The position numbers were made by a program, and so were the translations under genes. Of a stretch of DNA of 64,000 nt, positions 30,775-38,961 are shown piece by piece (the first letter of the stretch is position 1; the number at the start of each line of letters is the position of its first letter). The stretch is from an uncultured Gemmatimonadales bacterium (GTDB taxonomy: Bacteria > Gemmatimonadota > Gemmatimonadetes > Gemmatimonadales > Gemmatimonadaceae): positions 1,248,001-1,312,000 of the forward strand of contig CAWBZV010000003.1 in the NCBI GenBank assembly GCA_963793305.1, given 5' to 3'. The notes below the pieces were generated by a model that saw nothing but the letters and a program-made list of their open reading frames with translations, did not search any database and was not told the DNA's origin.

Positions 30775-30927
30775 ATGTCGGTTGAACCTCTCCCCACAGG
30801 CACTCTTTCCGCCTCACGGTTGCAGGTGATACTGAGGCGGCTGGCCAATAACTACTATGACAGTCCCGCGGTGCAGGACGTGATCGTCACTCGGGTGGCT
30901 CGGGAGCTGGCTGAAACGTTCCGCTGA
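30775..30927 (+). CDS. Minimal FlgM-like anti-sigma28 factor (50 aa)
   Basis: RLQVILRRLANNYYDSPAVQDVIVTRV resembles the FlgM C-terminal sigma-binding helices; directly behind a sigma28 promoter. Confidence 0.62.
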   Translation: MSVEPLPTGTLSASRLQVILRRLANNYYDSPAVQDVIVTRVARELAETFR

Positions 30928-32441
30928 GCAGACGGCGCCACGTCAGCGATACCACGACGCGGCCGGCAAAGAGGTTCTTGTCCATGCCCGGTATGTGTCC
31001 GTAGTTCGACACGTGATTCAAGCCGATGTCGCCGCTGACGTTCAAGCCACGGCAGCGAAACGGCCCCGGACACGCCACCCCGGTAGACATGGCTCACGAC
31101 TCCGCTCAGGAATGCCGTCGTCGTTGGCCACGAGGCGACCGGCGGGAACGGAAGCCGATAGTCGCCCTGTCCTTGTCGGCTGAATGCCGCGTAGATCTTG
31201 AGCGGCACCTCCGGTATGGCGGCGAGATCGATCCCCGCGCGGACCTCGTCGTAGTCGACGAATCCGCGTCCGAGGCTGATATCGTACGACGCATAATCCG
31301 TCCACGGCTGCTCATACGTGCGATACGAGAGGTTCGAGACGAGCGTGTAGGCGAAAAAGAGCCGCTGGTCACCAACGAGGGGTAGCCCGTCCGCTTGCAG
31401 GGTCCATCCGCCAATCGGCGGCTTCTTGCAGAGGGGCGCGTTGGCACCGCCACATCCCGCAGCTTGGAGGTCGTCGATGTATCCCTCGAACGAAAAATTC
31501 CCAACGGGCGATCGCCACGCGCCATCCAGGCCGACCATCTTGTTGGCGTTCTGGCCGCCCTGCTCCTCGTTGATCTCGCTGAAGTAGTAGAGACCGAATG
31601 GGTTGACGTAGTTGAAAACGAACGACTGGCCGGGCCGACCATAGACGACCGACTCGGTGACGCCCAGCTCTACGGTGCCAATGTGTGAGCTGAGGCGGTG
31701 CCACGAGAAATAGCGTTGCACCGCCGTGTCGCCGTAGAACTCGTCATTCAAGCGCGTGACGAGCGCTGACATGTTGAGCTGCGGAATGCCGATCTTTCCG
31801 TAGATGTGATCGTACGAGTAGGTGTAGTTGCCGAGGAGCAGCCCGTCGTACATCGTCGGTCCCGAGTTGCGTCCCTCGCGGCCAATGAGGATCTCCCCGT
31901 ATCGCCACCGCGCATCGACATATCCCTCCTGCAACCGCACGGGGTCTGCGCGATACTGCCCCAAATGGTACTCGGGGTCGACGTTGAGCCGGCCATCCCA
32001 GATCGGATGCGCGAACGCCGTGAGCGGCCCGACCTGCATTTCGCCCTCGGCGCCGCCGCCAGGCTCAATGTCGCTGGATGTGTTCGCGCGCATCAGCTCG
32101 CGCACCGACGAGCTCTGCGCGGTGCCGTAGACGTCGAGGCTCAACTGATAGTGTAGCCCAGGGGCCTTACTGACATCGTACTTCGAGAGCGCGCGCCGCA
32201 ACGCGCGCACATAGCTCTGGATGACCGGCGACATATGCGCAGGCATCTCGTGCGCCAATGCCCGACTGATCTCGGCCACGTTGTACGGCCGCTCGAGCGC
32301 CGAGAGTGAGCGCATCGCGCCACGCGCGAGCAACGCGTCGAGATAAACGTACGCGTTGTCGCCGAGGGGAACGTCCGCAGAGCCTTGCGCGGCGAGCGGC
32401 TGGGCCGCCACGAGGAATACCAAGAGTACGAGGCGGCGCAC
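30887..32441 (-). CDS. Wzi-like outer-membrane beta-barrel, +1 frameshift near 31044
   Basis: Signal peptide, HRL, ESVVY, NPF, ANKM; the C-terminal strands LNVSGDIGLNHV lie in a shifted frame. Confidence 0.7.
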
Positions 32442-32452
32442 GCCCCAATGTA

Positions 32453-34621
32453 TCAGAGCGACGCGCCGACGGAAACCGTGAACGACCGTGGAAACGACGG
32501 CGTAAGGAACGGCACCACGGGTGGATTCGCCGGCGGTGTCGTTGATCCATACGGGCCGAGCGAGTTCTGCGCCTCGATGCCGAACGTCGTGTATTGTCGG
32601 TCGAACAGATTCTCGACACCAACGTCGACGTGGTATCGCTGGTAGTTCAACCTGACAGAGAGATCACTGACCGTGTAGCCTGGGATCTGGGGACGTTGGT
32701 TCGACTCATCACCCCGCAGATACTGGCTCGAGTACCCGCGAATGGCGAACTCGGCGTCGATCAATACGGGGCCGATCAACCGCCCGATGCCGGCCCCGAC
32801 GCGGCCGCAATGCAGTGGCGATGTCGGAAAGAGATCACCCGGTCGCGTCGGCTTCGGCGCGGTATCGGCCGTCTCGATGTTGACCGTGCTCTGATACGTC
32901 GCGGCGACGTAGCTATACGATGCGAAGAGCCGCGCGCCGGCGGGGAGGCCGACCTGGCCGGACGCTTCGACGCCGGCCCGCCGGGTCTTCGACACGTTAA
33001 TGAAATAGACCTGCGTCACATTCGGGGCGGCGAACTGGATGTCGTCGATCACGTCGGTCCAGAACGCATCGATATCGAGATTCGAGTGGTGCGGCAGGTC
33101 GATATCGAACCCGCCCTCGTAGTCGCGCGACGAGACGGGCTTGAGCGTCGGGTCGGCGCCGAGCGCCGAGGGCAGCGCGCACGGCGCCGTCGCGCTGGCG
33201 CAGGCCAGCTCCAGCGGCGCCGGGGCGCGGAACCCGCTCTTGTAGGCAACGTATGCCTTGAGGTCGTCGGTGAACCGGTACGTGGCCCCGATCTCGGGCG
33301 AGAGCCGGTCGTAGGTGCTCGTGCCGTTGTTCGTCGCGTCGAGATCATCGCGGAAGGGGATGCGAATGTAGTCCTCGCGGACGCCGACCGTGATGTCGAG
33401 CGACGACGTTGGGCTGATGACGGCTTGTGCGTAGGCGGCCGCATTTTCCTGGCGAACATCGGCAAGCGTCGCGATCGAGTCCGGCATCCCGCCGCCGACG
33501 TTCACCAACCGGAAGTGCACGTTATCCCGCTCGTATTCAGCCCCGATCGTGAAGCCGATTTGGACCTGGCCAATCGCGAACGGACGGGTCCACTCCACCG
33601 TTCCGCCGCCTGACAGGTTGTAGATGTACCCATCGGTGTTGGGCGGCGGGACATTCCCGTTGAATTGCTCGTAATTGTTGCGGCGGCCGAAGAGTGTGCC
33701 GCGCACGATACCGCCGAACGCCGGTTGTGTTCCGCGCAAAATGAGATCGTACGCCTCCGGCGCGAAGAAATCCCCTGGCGTGTAGTTGATCTTCGGGTTG
33801 ATCTGGATGTAGTCCACCGGAAGCGAGCCCGCCTCGTAGATCTTGTCATGTGCGTAGAGCAGGCTGAGCGCGATGTCGCCGCTGTCGTGCGATGGACCCC
33901 ATTGGTAGCCGAGCGTCCCGAACACGTTGCGCGTGTTCGATGATGTCGCCTGGCGGTAGCCGGTTTCGTTGAGGCCGGTCGCGGCGATGAAGCCGTCGAT
34001 GCCGGCGACCTTCCCACCCGCGGTGACCGTCGCGGTCTGTTGCCCGAACGATCCCGCGCCGAGCGTGATGTCGGCCTCGGGGCGGTCGCCACCGCGCTTG
34101 GTATTGAGCAGGAGGGTCCCGCCGAGGGAGTTCCGGCCGAACAACACATTCGATCCGCGAATCAACGATGCCTGGTCGATAGCGGCCAATGGCAAGAGAT
34201 CGAAGTTCACCTCCTGTGCATCGGGCTCATTGAGGCGCATCCCGTCGAGAAACACACTGACGCCCTGAGGCGTGCCGACGATCGGTGAGACGGTGAAGCC
34301 GCGTACCTCGAGCTCGGGCTGGAGCCGCGCGCCCTGGTCGTCGAAGAACGTCACGCCCGGAAGGTTGAGCAGCGCATTACTCACCGCATCGGGGCCCGGG
34401 GTGGTCTTGTGCAGGTCCAATGGCTCGACTTGTGATGGCGTGCGCTCATCGACGGTGGACAGTCGCGTACCTGTGACCACGACCGTCGCCAATTTATGCT
34501 TGGCCGCGGCGATCGAGTCCGCCCGTCGCGCGCTATCGCTTTGGGGTTGCTGTGCGCGCAAGCCGCCGGCGGTGACAAGCAGGAGTACGACCAGTCGTTT
34601 CACGATCCGGACACGTCGCAC
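32453..34621 (-). CDS. TonB-dependent receptor
   Basis: TVVVTG TonB box, RGSNVLFGRNSLGG, RAPAPLELAC..A.C, ENLFDRQY. Confidence 0.93.
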   Translation of the reverse strand: MRRVRIVKRLVVLLLVTAGGLRAQQPQSDSARRADSIAAAKHKLATVVVTGTRLSTVDERTPSQVEPLDLHKTTPGPDAVSNALLNLPGVTFFDDQGARLQPELEVRGFTVSPIVGTPQGVSVFLDGMRLNEPDAQEVNFDLLPLAAIDQASLIRGSNVLFGRNSLGGTLLLNTKRGGDRPEADITLGAGSFGQQTATVTAGGKVAGIDGFIAATGLNETGYRQATSSNTRNVFGTLGYQWGPSHDSGDIALSLLYAHDKIYEAGSLPVDYIQINPKINYTPGDFFAPEAYDLILRGTQPAFGGIVRGTLFGRRNNYEQFNGNVPPPNTDGYIYNLSGGGTVEWTRPFAIGQVQIGFTIGAEYERDNVHFRLVNVGGGMPDSIATLADVRQENAAAYAQAVISPTSSLDITVGVREDYIRIPFRDDLDATNNGTSTYDRLSPEIGATYRFTDDLKAYVAYKSGFRAPAPLELACASATAPCALPSALGADPTLKPVSSRDYEGGFDIDLPHHSNLDIDAFWTDVIDDIQFAAPNVTQVYFINVSKTRRAGVEASGQVGLPAGARLFASYSYVAATYQSTVNIETADTAPKPTRPGDLFPTSPLHCGRVGAGIGRLIGPVLIDAEFAIRGYSSQYLRGDESNQRPQIPGYTVSDLSVRLNYQRYHVDVGVENLFDRQYTTFGIEAQNSLGPYGSTTPPANPPVVPFLTPSFPRSFTVSVGASL

Positions 34622-35076
34622 CCGACGGGCCGCGAGATGAACCGCACGGGATCGCGTTTCGAGAACGCGCGCGTGCCCGCCTGATCTTCGTAGAGCACGA
34701 CACAGTCGACGACCTGACCCGGAAGACTGATCGTGAGCAAGCCGTCATCCCCGCGACCGCCGCCGTCGAGGTTGAAGCAGCAGACATCGTGCACGCGCGT
34801 GGCGCCGGCCGTGCTCGCGTGCACGGTTGGGAGGCTGCGCACGACCAGGCCGACGACGAGCACGGCCGCGGCGGCCGTCATGATCGCGGCGTATGGCTGG
34901 CGCGCGGGCCTGACTTGCTTCAGGAGACGAGTGGCAGCACGACCGTCCGCGCTCACGCGGTCGAGCCGCCGCCGGCAGTCCGCGCACGAGCGCAGATGCC
35001 CGGCGAGCTCACGCGTCAACGCGAGCCCAAGCTCTCCGTCGAGAAATGTGCGGATGGTTCCGTCGCTGTAGTGCAT
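34600..35076 (-). CDS. zf-HC2 anti-sigma factor
   Basis: H...FLDGEL...HLRSCADC, one TM, short Cys-containing periplasmic domain. Confidence 0.85.
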   Translation of the reverse strand: MHYSDGTIRTFLDGELGLALTRELAGHLRSCADCRRRLDRVSADGRAATRLLKQVRPARQPYAAIMTAAAAVLVVGLVVRSLPTVHASTAGATRVHDVCCFNLDGGGRGDDGLLTISLPGQVVDCVVLYEDQAGTRAFSKRDPVRFISRPVGCDVSGS

Positions 35077-35657
35077 AGTTGCCTCTGGTAGTCGCTGAGA
35101 AACCGCCAATGCGCTCTCGTCAACAGCGATCCGATGGATGACTCGGCCAGCCCGAGCTGATGGGCGATCTCGCGGTAGCGCACGCCGTCATGGTGCAGCA
35201 GCAGGAGCTGGCGATCGCGATCCGGCAGCGCCCGGAGCACGCAGCGCACGGACTCGATCACCTCATCTTGGAGCAGCGCCTGATCAGGAGGAGGCGCCGT
35301 CGTATCCACCGGCGCGGGCGTGAGCCGCTCGCGCCGGGCCTTCGTGCGCTTGCTATCGATCGCCAGCCTACCGGCGACCGTGAACAACCAGGCCGATGGA
35401 TCCTTCGGCTGTTGATCGAGCAGTCGAATGAATGCGTCCTGCGCGACATCCTCGGCCTCGTCCCGACTGCCGAGTCGCCGATAGATCGCACCGACCAACC
35501 GCGGATACCACTTCACGAACAGTCGGTCGATGCGCCGCTCCGCGGCGCGTCGAGGCAACGCGCTTCGCGCTTGCTCGACTGGTCGGTTCTCCTCCGGGGG
35601 GCAACCGCAACTACGCCCCCCGGACCCCCCACTCTGGCTGCCTACACGAGGGTGCAC
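35016..35657 (-). CDS. ECF sigma factor (start uncertain: GTG 35657 or TTG 35558)
   Basis: AEDVAQDAFIRL, AWLFTVA, LPDRDRQLLLL..G.RYREIA. Confidence 0.88.
   Translation of the reverse strand: MHPRVGSQSGGSGGRSCGCPPEENRPVEQARSALPRRAAERRIDRLFVKWYPRLVGAIYRRLGSRDEAEDVAQDAFIRLLDQQPKDPSAWLFTVAGRLAIDSKRTKARRERLTPAPVDTTAPPPDQALLQDEVIESVRCVLRALPDRDRQLLLLHHDGVRYREIAHQLGLAESSIGSLLTRAHWRFLSDYQRQLCTTATEPSAHFSTESLGSR
35533..35630 (-). repeat. Palindromic REP-like element, copy A
   Basis: 10-bp stem 35593-35602/35615-35624; 17/17 and 23/25 nt blocks shared with 53884-53944. Confidence 0.8.
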
Positions 35658-35681
35658 AATCTCATGGACGTTCTGAGGAGG

Positions 35682-37806
35682 CTAAAGCCGGACGGTCGCT
35701 CCCAAATAAGCCGTGCGGCCCTGTGCCGGGATGATCCCCGGACCCGGGTACTCGACCGCGCGGAACGTGAAATAGTACGCGTTCAGGAGATTGTCGATAC
35801 CGAAGTGCAACTGGTAGCGTGGCCCGAGCTCGACATGCGCGCTCCAGTCGTACACCCGGTACGCCGGAATCACGCCGACGCTCGGGTCGGCCGGGTCCAC
35901 CACGGCATTGCTGGCATCGCCGTATTGCGTGGCCGTGTAGTTCCACGTGACCGTCGTCGAGAATGGGCCGTAGCCGATCGTCGGGCCGACGCGATTCGTG
36001 ATCGGCGGGGCATATTCGACGACGTTGCCCGCGTATTGGCCGTTCACGTAATGCGCGTTGACCCAAGCGAACGAATCGAACAGCGACACCCGCCAACGTC
36101 CGCCGTGGAAGAGATCGACGTTGAGATAGCTCTCGATGCCATAATGCCGGCTGTTCGCGACGTTGGTGGTCTCAGTGATCGAATCGTTGACCAATACGGT
36201 GCCGATGCGATCCCCGTACCAGAGATAGAACGCATTGACATCGCCACTGACGGGCCCCATTCGTCCACGGATCCCAACATCACCAGTATACCCGCTGGAG
36301 TGGTGCAGATTGGGATCGATGACAGCCGTGTTGGCGGCGCCGAACGGAATCAAATTGTCGTAGGTGATAGGCCGATACGCTTGCGTCAAATTGCCGTAGA
36401 GCGTGATCGGTGCGTCCAGCGCGTATTCCACGCCGAGGGAGCCGAGCGCGAACGTCTGCGAGCGCGCGTCATAGGGGATGTTCCCGTCGTCGATCGTGAC
36501 CCCATGAATGGCACTCCGCAGCCACTCCGCGCGCACGCCAGGCGTGACCGTGAGCTTATCGGTGAGATGCACGGCCTCCTGCACATACCCCGCGACGTTC
36601 TGCGTCAGGAAGTGCATGTCGGTGGTGTACGGCTGCACCAGGCGCATCGTAAAGTTCGACCCGTCGGTCCCGACGCCGTCCTCTTGTCGGTGCATAAGCC
36701 CATTGAACAGCCGCAACCCGGTTGCGAGATTCGGCGTGCGAGCCGAATAGCGAGTGCTGATATCCGAGTCGCGATTCGAGAATGGCATTCGCGAACCGCT
36801 CGCGCTCCACCTCGCGAGGCCCGCCGCTATCGATGGCCTGCGGCCCCCCGTCCTCGTTGCGCCACACGAGATACCGCTGGCTCAGCGTGCCGGACAGCTG
36901 GTTCGTCCACGTGAGCCCGGGCGCCAGGTGCCACGTGGTGACGTTCTCGAGAATCCCCCACGGCGAGGCGAGCCAGTTGCGCTTCCGCTCCGAGAGTTGC
37001 GGGTTCGCGTAGAACTCTGAGTCGTCGAACCCGCCCGGCATGTGCACGTTATTCCCGTACACGGTCAGCTGGAGCGACGACGACAGGTTCTCGTTCGCGT
37101 GGTACGTGATCGACCCGTATGCGTCCTCTTCCTCGAAGTTCGAGTTCTGCCGCCACCCGGCGGCGCCTTGATACTTGCCGAACACGTAATACGTGAACTT
37201 GCCGCTGCCGCCGGCGATCGAGCCGAACGTATCGGTCTCGCCAAAGCTCTCGCCGGTCTCGCCAACGGTGATCTGTGGCGCGGTGTTCAGCGCGCCGTCC
37301 TTGAGCACGAAGTTGATCATGCCGCCGAACTGCGGTCCGTACTCCAGCCCGGACGCGCCGCGCACGACCTCGACGTGATCGACCGCCTCGAACGGCGGCG
37401 AGTAGTAGATCTCGGGATATCCGTAGAGGTCGCCAGCGAGGTTGACGCCGTTCTGCCGCATGTTGACTTCGACCGACTGGCGCGGCTCGAGCCCGCGGAA
37501 GCCGATGCCATCGGACGGGAATCCGCTGGCGCGTGTCTCCGAGATATTCGCGCCGGGGACCTGCCCGAGGACTTCGCGATAGTTGTCGTTCGTCGTGTTC
37601 GCGCTCAGGGAGTCGACGCGCAGGAGGGTCGTCGGCACGCCGGTGTAGATGTGGCCCGTGGTGTCGTCACCGAGCCGGGTGACGCCGGGGTTGGCGGGGC
37701 GCGGGGCCTTGATGACCGTCTGCGGGAGACGGTGCGCCGTGGTGTCTTGGGCTGAGACCTGAGCAGCCGCAAAGACTAAAAGGGATAGAATTACTCGGCT
37801 TTGCAT
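35682..37806 (-). CDS. FecA-like TonB-dependent receptor, +1 frameshift near 36733
   Basis: ORF 36556..37842 (plug; RGASGLEYGPQFGG) continues in ORF 35682..36788 (barrel; DNLLNAYYF, PAQGRT). Confidence 0.85.
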
Positions 37807-37848
37807 GGCGCCGAAACTATCGCCATGATGTAATCCCGACAAGATCTG

Positions 37849-38961
37849 TCAGGTATCGAGTATGCGCCTGACCGTCTCGATCTCGTCGGCAGTGTTGTAG
37901 ACGTGTGGCGAGAAGCGCAGCAGGATGCCCTTCAGGGGCCCAAGGTCGACATCGCGGGACGAATAACCGACCCCAGCCGTATTTAGCCGTCCGCGAACGC
38001 CGGGATCATCGGTCAAGCATGACACAATCCCTGCGCTTCGCTTGGGATCTTGTGGAGTGAGAAGGCGCATGCGTTGGATCTTCGAGATCCCGTCGGATAG
38101 TTGTCGAGCCAGTGCGTGGATCTGCCGTCCAATATTCTCGACGCCGGCGTCGAACAGCACCTCGAGACTCGCATTGAGCCCGACGAAATCCTGATACGGC
38201 ATCGTCGCCACCTCGAACCGCCGGGCATCGTCGAGATACGCGAACCGCGCCGGCACGAGCTTGGAGAGATCGTGCGACTGTTGCATCCCCAACCACCCGC
38301 CGGTCGCGGGTTCGATGCGGGTAATAAGTGGCCGCCGCACATACACGAACCCTGTCCCCCATGGCGCGCGCAGCCACTTCTGCGCCCCGGACACGAGGAC
38401 GTCGATCGGCAGTCGCGACACGTCGATCGGCACGACGCCGAGTCCCTGGATGGCATCGACGACGAACCACGCCCCAACTTCGCGACACGCCGTCCCGATC
38501 GCTTCGAGATCCGCCCGGTCGCCGGACATGTACGACACCCACGACAGCGCGACGAGCCCGATATCGCCGGTCTCGATGCGACTCACGAGCGCCTGGTGAT
38601 CCGGCAGCCCGTCACACAGCGGGATGACCTCATACGGCCGCCCGTCCCGCCGCGCCCGCGCCATCCACGGATAGATGTTCGCGGGAAACTCGGCCTCGTG
38701 CGACAAAATCGCTCGCCCAGGCGCGATCGGCAGGGAGAGCGACGCCACGTGCAGCCCGGTGCTCGTGTTCGGCACGAGCGCGATCTCGTCAGCCGCCGCG
38801 CCGATCAGCCGCGCGCAGAGCGTGCGAGACTCGGCGAGTACGCCGAATGTCTCGTCGATCGTGATCGTCCACGGCGCCGCCCGCTTCGCGTTGAACTCGG
38901 CGATGACATCGACCGTTCGCTTGGGCAACGGCCCCGTGCCGGCCGCATTGAGATAAATCAT
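37849..38961 (-). CDS. Class V PLP-dependent aminotransferase/lyase
   Basis: YLNAAGTGP, EFPAN, VDAIQ, SGAQKWL, RFSPHVYN. Confidence 0.9.
   Translation of the reverse strand: MIYLNAAGTGPLPKRTVDVIAEFNAKRAAPWTITIDETFGVLAESRTLCARLIGAAADEIALVPNTSTGLHVASLSLPIAPGRAILSHEAEFPANIYPWMARARRDGRPYEVIPLCDGLPDHQALVSRIETGDIGLVALSWVSYMSGDRADLEAIGTACREVGAWFVVDAIQGLGVVPIDVSRLPIDVLVSGAQKWLRAPWGTGFVYVRRPLITRIEPATGGWLGMQQSHDLSKLVPARFAYLDDARRFEVATMPYQDFVGLNASLEVLFDAGVENIGRQIHALARQLSDGISKIQRMRLLTPQDPKRSAGIVSCLTDDPGVRGRLNTAGVGYSSRDVDLGPLKGILLRFSPHVYNTADEIETVRRILDT

Noticed and set aside
37804..37830. Fluoride riboswitch-like GGCGAT...CGCC on the minus strand
   Set aside because: Rest of the consensus is missing; the TAGTTT is better explained as a leaderless -10 box
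37849..38961. Cysteine desulfurase or selenocysteine lyase serving the Sec-FDH
   Set aside because: No recognisable catalytic Cys loop, and no linkage to the FDH operon
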